Source: Lama glama (taxonomy: Eukaryota). From it: 64,000 bases of DNA. The DNA is taken from NCBI GenBank assembly GCA_028534125.1, contig CM052820.1, positions 4,092,001-4,156,000 on the forward strand, in the 5' to 3' direction. The translations under genes were made by a program, and so were the position numbers. The notes beneath the pieces are model-generated. The model was not told the DNA's origin, did not search any database, and saw only the letters and a list, made by a program, of their open reading frames with translations. Positions 1 through 13,800 of the stretch are shown in pieces; within the stretch, counting starts at the first letter, position 1, and each line of letters opens with the position of its first letter.

Positions 1-404
1 GCCCCCGAGAGTCTGACAGCTCGAAAGCAGGGCTCAAGGCTGCAATTAAGCCTGGTTCAGTGGTCCAAGGAAAACATCCTATGATGTCACATCTTGGTCA
101 TTCGTAGCTTGACCGCTTTAAGATTCGATAGATACAGGCTAGGGTCATGGTCACGAGTAGGTTTTAAAAGGTTGCGTGGGCTGCAAACTTGTGCAGAATG
201 AAAGGTAACTGCCGAGAGGAAGGCCAGCTGACTTCTCCAGAGAGCACCCCCCGCGGAGACGCAGGCACCAGAAGCAACACGTCCTGCCGGGGAAGGGGCT
301 CACGGAGGGACACACAGAGCCTGGGCCGGGGAACCAGAGCCCCGTGCGGACCGCCGCTCGATAAGGCCCCATGACCTGCAGCAAGCGTCTCAACCCGCCC
401 GGCG

Positions 405-525
405 GGGCCCTCTTCTCTGCAAGGAGGGATGACCACCAACTTCATCGCGACTGTGCTGAGGATTAAATCCAGTAACAATTTTCAGCAGCTGACACAGTGC
501 CTGTCGCACCCTCAATGAACGTGGC
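405..525 (+). mobile_element. MIR fragment
   Basis: GTGCTGAGGATTAAAT...CACAGTGCCTG...CTCAATGAA core landmarks. Confidence 0.65.
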
Positions 526-3040
526 TTCTTTCTCTCTCCCGGAGGGGCTAGCCCTTCCCGAGCCAGGGCAGAGTTCATTAGGATTGAGAAAATTTGGCAA
601 ATTCCTAGAATTTACTCAGAAATCCATAAAAAAAATCGCCCTACTAAGAACAGGATGACCACTTAATGCAACAACCCAGGCCCCTGGGGTTACAATCTAC
701 ACAGAGAGGGCTCTGGAACCACAACAACTTCCTGTCCGGCTGTAAAAACAGAGCACTGCTTGGTCTAAGACCCTGGATCCAATTAGTGCATTAATTTTCT
801 CCACAGAGGGAGCCAAAGCGTCTCAGTTTGTGTCCACGCAGAGGAAACCGGGACCGAACCGCGGAGCTCAGGAAGCTTCCCGGGGCGCCTGCTGCCGTCT
901 GAGCGAGAGTTACAGCCAGTGTGGACCGAAGCCACGGCCTCAAGGTGAGGGGTCAGAGTCAGGGGGGTGGAAAGGGCCAGGCAACCCAGAAGCAGAGGGA
1001 CGGGGCAGGACCGAGAGGGCCGAGGGGCTGGGGACACCGAGTGGGTCTAGGGGTCCCAGCGTGGTCCCGGCCGGGGGCCGTCTGGGGGCGCGGCCGAGGG
1101 CTGGCAGGAGGCCCACGGTCTCTGCAGCCCCACACCAGGCCCAGAGCGCAGACTGACTCTGTAACCTGCACGGCACCCTGGGCCAGAAGGAGGGTGCTGC
1201 GGTCCCCACTTACAGAGGGGGAGGCAGGGCGGCCTCGGAAGGAGCAGAGCCAGGGCCGGAGCCCAGGCAGCCTGGCTCCGGGGCCCTGCTCAGACCAAGG
1301 GCTGAGGACTTCCACAAGGAAGCTAGAGGGAAGGAGGGGCTCAAGAAAAAGCCTCAAAGACAGCCTCTGGGGCTGGCGGTTTTAGAAGGCCGCTGGAAAG
1401 CTCCAGGCACGGGAAAAGAAGTCCACGGCCGGGGGTTGAGGAGGGACTTGGGGGTTCGGGGTGGAGGGGCCGTGGGGCCCATGCCATTTAAGAGCACGTG
1501 CTCCGAGATGCACAGAGAGGCAACTTCCCTGCCCTTCTGCACGGCTAGGGCTCAGCATCGCCATAAAGGACCATCGCTCCTCCTTCCTCAACCACACAGC
1601 GGCCAAAAATGCACCCGCACCCTATAATCACTCGATTACAGCCACAATATGTTATGATTTGACTACACTGCCGGCTCATTACAGGATGAGAAAACAAAGG
1701 AACTGTTTCAATTGCGCCTAACGTTAACAGATGAATAAAGGAATCGCTCTCCATCACGGCGAACGGCCTCAGAGATCAAACGCCGATTTCCTTTAAGATC
1801 GCCTGAGATCATCTTCCACGTGCAAAAGCGTTAGCGTTATTCACACCCCCTCAATAAGAGCGCACATATTTTGTCATCGTCTGTTGAGTTTTGTGTGTCT
1901 GCTCAACTCAACAGTGTCATAGAATTAGCTAGTTTGTTTGGAGGAAAAAAAAAAACCAGCTGGTCCAGGGAACAGCCATATGTGTGAGCTAAAATGCAAA
2001 GCCTTGTGTTTTATAAAATATGACAAAAGTCGAGCTCAGAGGACATAAAAGAAGTTGCACTTCAGCCCGGACGGGCAGCCAGGGCCTTTCTCTGCACAAC
2101 AGACGCGGCTTAGGCTCAAATCTGTCAACAGTTTTTAAATCAAAGGCCTCGGTTTCTGCCTTAATCACTAAGTCAATTACAGTTCTAATCCGAAAAAGGT
2201 ACTTAGTGGGCCTTTATTCAAGTTCTCAGATATTCTCCCCAAATACTGAATTAACAACTTAATCCTCTCATATCCTCAGCAGAGAGGCAGCCGGCAAGAG
2301 ACTTGGGACCCCTGCCCGGGGCCGTGATGAGGGTCCAGTCGGCCTTTGTGCCAGGAGGGAGCCAGGCCCCCTTCACACCCACAGGTCAGCAGACAGAGGA
2401 AGCGTGAGACAAGGGGGTAGCTGGTCGCACCCACCCCTGGATCAACGGGGGAGTCGGTCCAGCTACCCCCAACCCCACCCCAAATCAAGAGATCTGTAAG
2501 CACCCGCCTTGCTCTTCCTCCACAGACCCTGGTGGCCCCCCAACCTCCAGGGTTCCTAAAGGCCACATGTTTGTGGACAGGTGAGAATTCAAGACATAGA
2601 GAAATAACACTGCAAACCGTGGTGAGGTCCCCAGCCAGCCTCCGGAGGCCTCTCTGATCAGAAAGGAAGCTGAAATGCTGTGTCCATGCAAAGACTGCAG
2701 ACCAGAGGGCAGAGCCAGGGTAAGAGACAAAACGGCTGTGCACTGGGACCCAGGCCGCCCCGCAGGACCAGCCCCAGACAGCTGACCTCGGCCGCCACTC
2801 CCCTCCGCGGGCCTTCTCCCCTCAGCCCAGGCATCATAGGAACAGCGCACTCTGAGGATGCACTCGAGTCCTTTGCTGGCACTGAGCCTGATCAATGTTT
2901 TCTAGGGCTTTTTCAATGGAACAGGAGGAATTCTGACGGGGTGGGGGTGGGGGCACATCCCGCAGGGACCTGGGTTTCCTGGAGCATCACCAGATCCAGC
3001 AGAGAACATAACACCTGAAGTTTACATCTGAAAAGGAAGG

Positions 3041-3456
3041 CGGTTCCGTTTCCTGTCGCTGCTGTAACAAACCCACACACTTAATGACTTAAAACAACAT
3101 GCACTTACTCTCTCACGAGTCTGGAGGGCGGGACCACGGGGTCTCAAATCAAGGCCCCAGAGAGGAACCCTCCCCTGCCTTTTCCTAAAGCCTTTAGAAT
3201 CCACCCCGCTTTGGCCCAGTCCTTTCTCCAGCAACGTGGCCCCAATCTGGCCCTTCTTGCTAAGTCACAGGTCCCTCTCTGCCTCTCCTCCTCTGCCTTC
3301 GTCTCTCACTTAAGTGCCCCTGTGATTACTCCAGGCCTACGCGGTAACCCAGGCTAATCCCCACCTCAGGGTCGTTCCTCACACCTACAAAGTCCCTCTT
3401 GACATTTAAGGCAACAGAACCACAGGTCCTCGGGGGTCATTACTCCGCCCACCACA
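3041..3456 (-). mobile_element. MLT1 (ERVL-MaLR) solo LTR
   Basis: GCTGCTGTAACAAA...TTAAAACAACA...GGTCATTACTCCGCCCACCACA matches the reverse complement of MLT1 termini. Confidence 0.82.
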
Positions 3457-3754
3457 GAGGCAGAAGGATGAGGGGAGACAGCAGACCAACCCTTATGCTT
3501 AACGTGCTTTTGGACATGCGTTCGCGGGCGGTCCCTGCCGTGCTGCCTGTAATGTGGGGAAACGGGGACGGATCAAGGAGTGCAGAACAGGGTCCAGTAA
3601 CAAGTGACAGCACAGGACTGCACAACAGATCCATAAAAAGACAGATCTAAGCACGCGGTGTGGAGAGACGTCCGAACGCACAGTGAGGGGGAAAAGCAAA
3701 CTGCAGGACAGTATGTAGGGGCCACCATTTTCCTTTTAAAAAGTGAAGAATTAG

Positions 3755-4810
3755 CGCTATCTCACGTCATATACAAAAACTAACTCAAAAGAGATCAAAG
3801 ACCTAAACTTAAGAGACAGGGCCACACAACGCCTAGAGGAAAACAGACGGGTTAATAATAATCACGGCCTGAGACGAGGCAGTTAGTTCTTAAATATGAC
3901 GCCAAAGCCCACCAGGCCAAAGGAAAAGCAGGCAAACTGGGCTTCACTACAAGCTTCTCGTAGCAAAGGCACTATCATGAAAAGACAACACGCAAAATGG
4001 GAGAAAATACTTGCAAACCTGATAATCAGGGACTGGTATTCACAATAAAAAGACAAATAATCCAATTAAAAGAAGAGCAAAGGATTTGAATGGCCGTTTC
4101 TCCCAAGAAGACACACAAACAGCCAAGCACAAGAAGCAAAAACACGCCCACCACCGCTAGCCATCAGAGAAATGCAAACCAAAACCACAACGAGGCCACA
4201 CCCACCAGGTCGGCTCCACTCAGGAGGGCAGAGGTAGCAGGTACTGACCGGCAAGGGCGCGGAGAAATGAGAGCCCAGCACGCTGCTGGCACCGCACCTC
4301 GGAGGAACTTACTCACAGTAACCAAGAGGGGGCAGCAACCCAGGTGCCCTGACCACCCATGGGTGAATCAACAAACGAAACACAACACACACATAACACA
4401 ACGGAATTCCATCTTAAAGAGGGAACTTCTGACACATGCCTCAACATGGGGGAAACTTGAAACCGTCGCTACGTGAATGAAGCCAGGCCCTATAGACCAC
4501 AAAATCTATGGTTCTATTTACATGAAATGTTCAGAGTAAGCAAATCCGTAGAGAGAAGAATTAGAGGTTGCCAAGGGGCTGGAAGGAGGGTAATTCCCAA
4601 GGGGCCAGAAGGAGGGCAATGTGGACAGTATCTACTAACGGGCACAGGGTTCTTCCGGGGGCGACAAGAATGTTCTGGAATGAGAGACAGTGGTGGACGG
4701 CTGCACAACTCCAGGATGGTTCCACCAAAAACCAATGACGTGTACACTTTCAAGGAGTGAACGTTACGGTCTATGAATAATACTTCAACAAAGCTATTAT
4801 TTTTTAAAGT
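3755..4810 (+). mobile_element. Old L1 (L1MB/L1MC-like), end of ORF2 plus 3' UTR, degraded
   Basis: CTATCTCACGTCATATACAAAAACTAACTCAAAA...AATGGGAGAAAATACTTGCAAA...GAAATGCAAACCAAAACCACAA...TTTACATGAAATGTTCAGAGTAAGCAAATCCGTAGAG. Confidence 0.88.
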
Positions 4811-7800
4811 AAAAAAACAAAAATGGTTTTCATGGCACAGAATATTTCTGGAAGGATCTCCAAGGAACACTACCAGTGGTTACGTCTGGGGCTTTGGATC
4901 AGGAAGCCCCTGTAACTTTCCATCTTCTGAGCTACCTGGGTTTTCCCAGAGTGAGCGCACATCACTCTCACAGCGAATAACCGCGGTCCCTGTGAGGCCT
5001 CAGCGCCCGCCCCCAAGACATAAGACGACCTCAGCGCTCACCTCCCTGGACGATTCCCAAATGGTCCTAGGACACTCAGATCACCCCATCAGCACAGTCT
5101 CACCAACTCTAAGCTGGCAAATACGTGTATTTAAAAAAACAAACCCTTCAGTGAAATGTGCAATGAACTTTTTTTCCTAATTACAAACAGGCCTGACCGA
5201 GGCTGCGGTAAGGGGACCACGGGCTCAGCTTTGCACAAGCCCCACTTCCACCCCCGGGACCGCGGGGCTCCGCGGGAGATCAGTCTGTACAGTATGTTTA
5301 TGGATGAGGGAGTGACCGTATTATTATAAACACAGAGGCTAAAAGTCGTTGCATCTTTCTAACCAAACCTTTCGAGGCCGCACCCTCGGATCGCACAGAA
5401 ACACGGCTCCTCTGGGAAAAGCAGACTGTGCCTCCTGGAACTCTGGGTGAGGGAAAGCGGCCCTTCCACTGCTCCTGATGGGCAGCCGGGTTAGGGGGCA
5501 GAAAGGAAGCTGATGGAGACATGAGAACATCCTGGAAGGGCTCTGAGCATTTCCAAGGGCTTGAGAGGTCAGATTTCAACATACGGTTTTCCTGGTCGCA
5601 CTCTATTCTTAGACTCCACCGCGTGCATCAGAGGAACCGGGAGACCAGGACGGAGAGAGGCCCCCAGAGGGTTTGGGCACTGTGGCCTCTCTACCAACAC
5701 CCTTCTTAGGGCTGTGCACCCGGATTCTCACGTGGCTCACCTACAGGCCCGGGCATCGTCCCATCCTGGAAGGCCGAGGTGTGGGCATCTGGGACAAGCC
5801 TGGCTTGGGCTGCGGAACCGGGCCCTCCTGTCTTGTCTGGGGCCACTGGAGCAGTGGCTGGGTCCCAAATTGCAGAAGGCAGGTGCAGGCCAAGGACAAA
5901 GGGACTTGAGGGGGTCACAGGTCTTGGAGTGGGGCTGGTGGGCAGAAGGAGCTGCGACACCAAGCTCACCAGGAGGCAGCTCTGAGGACCTGGGGCCACC
6001 TCTGCTGTCAGCAGCAGGAGACCGGCACGTCTGGGCGAGGCCCCACCATACGTGCACCCCTTCAGGCTCGGTACCCCCGCCGTCCTCCCAGAGTGAAGCT
6101 GAGCTCAGCACCCATCACCGTCCTCCCTCTCGGCTCCTCCCCCACAGCCCACAGACGGAAGTGAGGGAAGAGGCAGCCAGGCCTGCGAGGCTTGCTTTTC
6201 AGTCTGCGTGGCCCTGGCCATAAACAGTACAGAGTAGGTGCCCCAACGCTCAAACACAACCAACCCATCTCCTGGCCAAACCCGCAGTGGCCAGCCTCAG
6301 ACAAACGGCCCACCACCGCCAAGTGGCTTTTCACCTCCAGTGCCCAGACACGCACAGTGACCCCCAGATCTCTCCTCCTGGGCACTTCAGCCAACCCTGG
6401 GCTCCACTGGGTGTGACTCACAGAGCCAGGCCGCCAAGATCAAAGCAGACGTCCACACGTGTGCTTCAGGGCCTCTTCCTCCTATCCTGCCAAAAGCCAC
6501 ATGAAGAAAAGCCACAGGACTGAAGGGACCCGCCTGGCCTCTGCCCAGCCCTGGATGCCACCCCGATGTGCGTGCACCCACCTGGGCAAACGCAGGGCAT
6601 CTACAGGCGGGCATCTTGCTGTGGCCGCAGCCGGGTCGGCCTTCCCTCAGAGACTGGAAAGGGAGACTGACGGGTACATGTGAACGGGGGAGCCCCTCCT
6701 CTGGTTCTCAGCTGAGCAGCCCCACTGGGCAGGCAGGACGGCCCGGGGACAGGACAGCAGGCTCCCTGCATCACAGAGGGACGCGGACGGCAGGAAGCGG
6801 GTGCCCGAGAGCAGGCGCATCTCGGGCTCCTCTAGGAAGAAAGGCTTTCCTCGCTAACCCAGAGTCCTAACAAAACGGTCCACCTGGAGAGAAGACCCGC
6901 AGAGCAGCGGCAGCTCTGCCGCAAGGCCCCAGAGCCCGGGGCCCTCCATCCCTCTGAACCTCACCAGGGCTGCCCGGGGCTGCAGAATTCCGCTGAGAAG
7001 CCACCTCCCCAACCTCTCTACAGTTTAACCGGCTGGAGAGAAAGTTTGTCTGGCAAACTCAAGCAACACTTCCAAACGGTATCCAGGCTTTCGCAAGGCT
7101 GTCTGAGCACGGGTGTGTAAATGGCAGGCTCTTTCCTCCCCACTAGAAGCTGGGGGCCTCACTGGTGGGTCCCCAGAGGCACCTGGAGCAAGAGGCCCAG
7201 GTGCAGGGGGTCTGAGGTCAAGGGGCGGTGGAGTGGCAGCTGGGTCCCGGTTTCCTCTTCTTGCCGGGAAAGCTGCCAGTGCGTCCCAGGGCGCCTGAGA
7301 GATGGTGGCCGCGCCCACCCGGCGCTGTGCCCCAGAGCCTGGGCCCAGGCAAACTTCCCGCATAAGAGACCCAAGTAAATCCTGAGAAGCAGCTAAGCAG
7401 GCCACACGCCCTCTTCAGCACAGACACCACCCGGCAGACCCAGGCTAATTAAAACAAGAGGCTGGAGATCAGGCCTCCCAATTACCTGCCAAATTAACGC
7501 GCTGCCTTCCAGCTGCCTCCTCCTCGGCCGAGAAGCCTGCCTTCCATCAACCTTTCTATTTCTGAAGATCGCTCTCCCGGGAACCCTTCCACCCGCCTCC
7601 TGCAGAGACTCGGATTCCATCTGAGTTACAAATAAGCTTCCCTGGATTTCTGGCCAAAGGTGACTCGGTGGAGAAAAGCCTCTGTCCACCCAGTAGCAGG
7701 TGACCAGTTGGGGTGGGAGGGGCAGGAGACGGGGGGCCCTCTGATCCCTAAGCTGAGGTTCTTCCCCACATCAGTGAGGCCGTTTTCAGGAGCGAACACT

Positions 7801-10800
7801 ACTCCCACTGCAGAGGACCGAGGGCTCCGCTCAGGAACGTCCCACGTGCCTGCAGGCACCCCGACCAGCTCCTCCCGCTGCAGTCCCCACCCACACCTGC
7901 CAGAAGTCCCAAATTCAGGACCCTGCAGGGTGGCCATCCAACCACGGCCCTGCTGTGGCTCCGGATGGAAACTGTTAACTGACATCTTCAGGGACCAGCC
8001 TCCACTTCACCAAATGCCAACCCACAGGGCAGGGACATGTGCTGAAACCCCGAGACTCAACCTGCTCTTTAAGCCTGATGATGATGGTGACTGTGATCAG
8101 GGCAGCAACAATCCCTTACAAAGTACTTACCACCTGCTGGTGTCCTGGAGGGTTTTTCTTAACTAGTCCTAACAACAAGGCAAAGCAGGCACTAATGCCA
8201 GCTGCAGAGAAAATAAAACCGAGGCTCCGAGAGCCGCACAACCAGGAGGCCGTCACACTCACACCCATATACGCGCTCTGTGTGCGCCTGTGCGTGTAAG
8301 AGGCTAGGACCAAGGCAGGCACTGCCTCACCGCACTACCTGGGCCCACAGCTAGGGTCACAGCCTGTCACATTACAGTCTGCGGCCGGGTTCCTGAAACT
8401 CAACCCACCGGACAGCAGACACCGCTCGCACCTGGTTGCCCCTCGTCTCCACGAACCCTCCTCGTCTCCTCTGCCTCAGTTCTGAGGGTCTGAGCCTCCT
8501 GGCATCCACAGCAGCCCTGGGCACCTCAGCCTCACCTGTGTGCGCCTGCCCACCACCCCCGCGAGCCAGTGAGCAGGGGCCGCTCCTCAGATGCCGCTGG
8601 TGAGGGCAGGACTCGCTGGAGGAGGGAGGCATGGAAGAACCCGCCCTTCCACGAAGCTCCTTCCCCGGGGCTCTGCGCTTCATCCAAACAGCCAACGGCT
8701 CTACCTGCCCAGGTGGCCCAGTCGGTCCTCCTGGCCTCCAGCAGCGGTGAGAGTTAAACACGCGCTGAAATCCCGCGTGCACTGTAAGTGCACCAGGGAA
8801 GCGTTCCAAATCTGGTTTCCTAAACTATTCCAGTTATAAAATGTCCCTTGATAGAACTTCCTGGCGCCCACTTCTCCCTCCTCCCTGCAGTAACTGCATG
8901 TCTCGATGCTGGCAACATGCAGAACAGAAAGCAGGTCCGAGGGGGCACGTCCAGAAGGAGGGGAGGTTCGACAGCGTGGAGACAACATGCAGATTCATCC
9001 GTTTAACGCTTCTCTCGAGTCCTGCTCAAGGGGGTGGCAGGGACCAGACTAAAGCCGTTGTACCTCAGCTCCTCACTGGAGTTGGCCTCTGCGAACGTCC
9101 TGTGTCTTTTTCAAACTCGAGTGTGGAGAGCCGGGACATAGCGCCCTCCCCACTCCCAGCCGAGGGGTGGCAGCCGCCTGTTCCGGCGTCACTGGAGGTG
9201 CAGGGTGGCACCACGCTCTCCGCGTGCTCTGCACAGAGGCCCCCCCGTTTCGCCGCCCAGACCACCAGTCAGGGGAGAGCAGAGACGAGACCCTTTTTCC
9301 ATCCCAGAGGAAGCTCTCGGCTTGCCCTTCTTTCTCTAAAGGCACCTTGCTCACAAACCCCTGGTACGCGCCCTCCAAGAACCTACCTGGGAAAGAAACA
9401 ACTCAGCTGTCTCCAAGGGGCCTGAGACCCTGCCCAGCTCCTCCCTCCTCACCTCAGGATCAACAGAGACAGCAAAGCCTGGAAATCCTGTCCCCAGAAG
9501 AAGGACGAGCAGGCAAAGTGGAACCCAATACAGCTCCCGAGAGTGAGACGCAGAGCGGGGCCGGCCTCCCCCCGTGGTCTCACCTGTGCGGGACATGGTC
9601 TCAGGTGATGCTGCCCGCCTTCCCTCCCTCGCCCACGGGTGGAGCACTGGCCGCCACGTCCAGTCCCGCTGAGCCTGCCGCCTCTTCCCTCGGACGTACA
9701 TTCACTTTTGAGAAATCCAGCTTCACGGGCAGACTCAACAAGCTCACTCTGCAGCCACAGCACGCACAGTCTCACCACTGCACTGAGCACGGTGCCCGCT
9801 TCTCGACGCGCCAGCCCAAGTCCCGCTGACCGCCGACTCCACCGGGGCAAACACCTGCCTGCGGCCGTCAGTGCCTTGTCAACCGGGCTTCCTGAGTGGA
9901 CAGGTCGGGGGGCCCGAGAACAGGCATTCCCGACAGCTGCCGGGAAGGGGGGCATCGCTGCCGTCTGTGCCAGCATTCGGGGTGAAGAAGGGAGAGCTGG
10001 ACCATGTCTGGGGGACCACCCTGCCCTCTTTCAGCCGACCTCTGTCAGATGAGTGGCTGAGAAGATGCTGCCAGCGGCAAAGGGCTTCGATTTGATACCG
10101 AGCTCCTAAGGCCAGAGGCAGGAAAAGGACCCCAGGGGAGACTCCAGCTGCAGGCCACAAACAAGGGACAGGCCCTGATTCCCAGGGCCCCCAACACTGT
10201 AGCAGTAAAAGCCTCGGGCCACCCGCGGGCACAGGGACGACCCACCCACAGGGCCTACTGTCACGGTGCTGACCCTCCCCCCCAGCCCACACCCCCGAAG
10301 AACGAAGCTCTATTCCTCCTTCCACCCCAGACACGGACGTGCACCCAGCCTGCCAGTCCCCCCAGACTGTTCATCCAGCATCACACGGACACAGACAGGG
10401 ACTCCATCATGTTATAAACAGCACCTGCAGTCACCTGAGAACCCAGAGCCTCTCCTCACCCCCACAGGGGATGCACCAGCCCCCCACTCACTCCATCAGC
10501 TCCCACCATTTCCTCCAACGCGGGGAGTGGGGGCTACTAAAGTAGCCACTGTGCCTGCAGCAAGTAAGCCAGAGAGCTGTCAACAAGAGGCAGGCAGGGG
10601 TGCAACCCCACCAGACGGAGGTGACTTCTTGACAGCTGAACCCATCAGAGACATGTGACAAGGTGTCTGCATATCACTCTGCACAAAGGCTGCAGAGATA
10701 GCCCCAGGCTTGGCCGTGGGCTTCCCTGGGAGGGAGGCTGGCCCTCTCCCTGGTGGCTGCCCAGAGCGGCAGGAATCTCTCTGATGAGGCCCCAGGCCCT

Positions 10801-13800
10801 GCAGGAGGACCTGCCCACGAGGGGGCCCACAGTGGCCTCCCTGGCATGGACCCAGTGCAGGCTCTGGGGCGGGGCCCTGCCTTCCAGCCCAGGTGACACT
10901 ACACCCACGGGGTGAGCGTACCAGGGACCAGAGGGCACAATGGGGCCGCCCTGCTCGCCTTCCTGACTCCCTCCACACACGCAAAACAGAAGGACAACAG
11001 ATTAACGGGGCCAATCAGTGCTTCTCGAACGCTAGCGTGTCTATCCACCACGTGGGGACCCGAATGCGACTCCCATGCAGGCACACATCCTTAACGTGCC
11101 CCCGGGGGCTACTGGTCTCCCGTCACACAGCAAGGGGCCGTCCTTATTACTTCCTCACATCTTGAATTAACAATCCGGAGCGGTTCAGATGGGTCTCCTA
11201 CACAGATGGAAACTGCTGCGGGCACTCAGACCGCTCGTTCGCGTGCTCAGAAATACCAACACTTCATGTTATCCACCAGGCGCTAAAATGTAAGTGGCAT
11301 TAATCTTATTTTTAAAAAATTAGACGGTGGAAAGGGGCTTAAAAAAAAAACTAATCCAAGAGAACAAAAGCTGCCCGTAAGGCCCAAGGAAGATTAACGG
11401 ACAAACGCAACGTGCCGGGAAAGCAAGGACAGGCCGGCCGAGCTAAAAATAGAGGCTGGACGCTGGCTGGGGAGTGTTCCACGTCCCCTCTAAACCTCGG
11501 CAGCGGCTCTCCAGACCGGCGGCTCCGGGCGCTCTCAGGGGTCCTCGAGAGAGGCACTGAGAGCAGCAGGATTGTGCAGTCTGCAACCCCGGACACTGTC
11601 CTTCCAGAGGACGGTGATGGGACATCAGCCCCTGGGACCTCCCGCCGGGGGGGGGGGACGTCAGCACTCGCTGATTCTCCCCGCTCCTCCCGGCTCAATT
11701 AGCTACAGGAGCCTTACACACAAAGGGTCTGGGGAACCCCGTTTATTTAGCACACCTGCCCCCAAAACTGTGAGCAGTAAGATGCCAGAGGAAAAGGAAG
11801 CCTTAAGCTCTTTAGTCACCAAGTACCTAGAGGCTGTTTCTCCAGAGAGAACCAGCCACCAGTTCCACACCAGCCCCAGCACACGGTGCACCCCCCAAAC
11901 CAGACCCTCCACAGTCAGAACATTCCCCAGGGAAGGGGGTCACTTCTGGCAAAGGCCAGATGCAAAAGCAGGAGGCCAGGCACAAACGAGGGGGCGCGGC
12001 TGTGCCAACAAGACGTCACTTACAAAGGGGGGGTGGGCCGGATCGGGCCGCAGGCGGCAGGCTTCTGGCCCCTGCTCTGGACGCCCCCCTTCCTCACACA
12101 CGGGGACAACTCCAGAGTGAAGTGCGGTGCTGCCACACACAGGGACACACGGGGAACGTAAGCCGCCTCCCAGCCGAGCAGCTCAGGCAAGCGAGCGCAG
12201 CGAACCCCACAGCTCCTGAGTGTCAGCACTCCAGGGAAGGGGCCGTGGGCCTTTATAGCCCCGGTGTTTCTGAAAGTGGGTTGGGGGGAGGTGAGAGTTC
12301 TGTTCCGTGGAGAAGAAACGAGGAGGGGAAAACGAGCCCACGAAGTGGCACCTCCAGGCGCGTCTTGCCGCGGGAAGCCCCTGCCTGGAGGCGCAGAGGC
12401 CGCGGGGAAGACGGCGCATCCAGCGCAGGGGCCGCTCTCGCGGCTGCCAGCTGAGCGCAGAACGAGTGCCCGAGCAGCTGGACTTCGCTCTAACAGGAAC
12501 CTCACAGCAATCACTCTGTCTTCTTGCTCTAAAGGGGACCTAACTGTTTTTCAGGACATCGGGGCAGGAATGGCAGCCAGAGCCCAACCCTCCCCAGGCG
12601 CGGCTAACAGATACCCCCCGGGCCTGTTACCACTGCGAGTGCACCTTCACAAAACCACACTGAGGATGGGCTGGTAGACCCGACCTGCTGCAATTTTTCT
12701 GGGCTCTCTTCTCCGTGCACAGGCACGGGAGCAGCTGCCTGTCGCCTCCGCCCTCAAGCTCACCCCCACTGCCTGCAAATCTGGGCTCTCGCAGGAACAA
12801 GGGTGAAGTAAGGCCATCCTCACAGTGTGATGGGCTCACACAAGCCAATGAGGTTACCGGGGAGGCTGACATCAGAGGGATCTGAGTATTTCCTGGGAGA
12901 AACATCCTCCTTTCCACCCCCAGCACGCGAGATGCACATTCACCGAGGCAGCGCCGAGCACAAGCCGCGGGCTAGATCTCAGGCACGCAAGACACGCTCT
13001 GCGAGGAAGGCGGGGTGGGTGGGGAGAGGTGGGGACGTATACGTCACATGAAGGCAGGCCACGGGAACACTAGCGGGCAGGAGCACCGATGGCCCACTCC
13101 CCCATCGATCAGATGAGCTGGCCTAGGGCTCGCCAATCTCTGTGCTAACGGGTCTCACGGCGCCCACGGGCTTCTCCTGTGCCAGGCTGAAACTTCAGCC
13201 TCACACACCTTGTGGCCTCATTCAGCCCTGTTTAGTTCTCCCAGGCTGGCTGGCTGGAATATGCTGGAAGTATGTGACTCGTCTCCCGTATAACGCTTTA
13301 GATGTTCCGAGCAGTAAGCGATGCTCTTTTAACTGGGACCAGCAGGAGCGCGGGAGCTCCGGCTCGCTCTCCGGGCTCCGAGAGTCTGGAGAGTCATTCG
13401 AAAAGTCAACACAGCCGCATATTACTGCCTGGAGTCTTGGCCACGTGCTGGGACAGAAAAGACAGATAAGAGAAGAAGACAGAGATTTGTTAAATTATGT
13501 CTTAAAGCCTTCTGGGATCACAATAGAAAGTATGTAACTTTGGCAGTGGCACCAAGTGGCTAAGCCGTGTCCTCGGGGCTGATGACATGGGGTCTAATTC
13601 CCAAGCGCACAGCCTCCGTCCGCTCCCTGCCCTCCAACGGAGACGGGACAGCGTCACTGGGGTGCTCTTACACCACCACCCTAAAAACGTGCGTTTTCTG
13701 TTAAATGGTCAAAGGTGTCTCTTTGGCTCCAGGGTTCACTGCTGAGCACAGCTTCCAGGTGACACGCAGATCCCCATGGACCCTGCGTCCAGCACCGCAG

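Noticed and set aside
8124-8140. Strong minus-strand donor GTG|GTAAGT overlapping a CTCF-like CCAGCAGGTGG
   Set aside because: It lies in what appears to be a decayed MIR, has no clear paired acceptor, and the motif match is partial.
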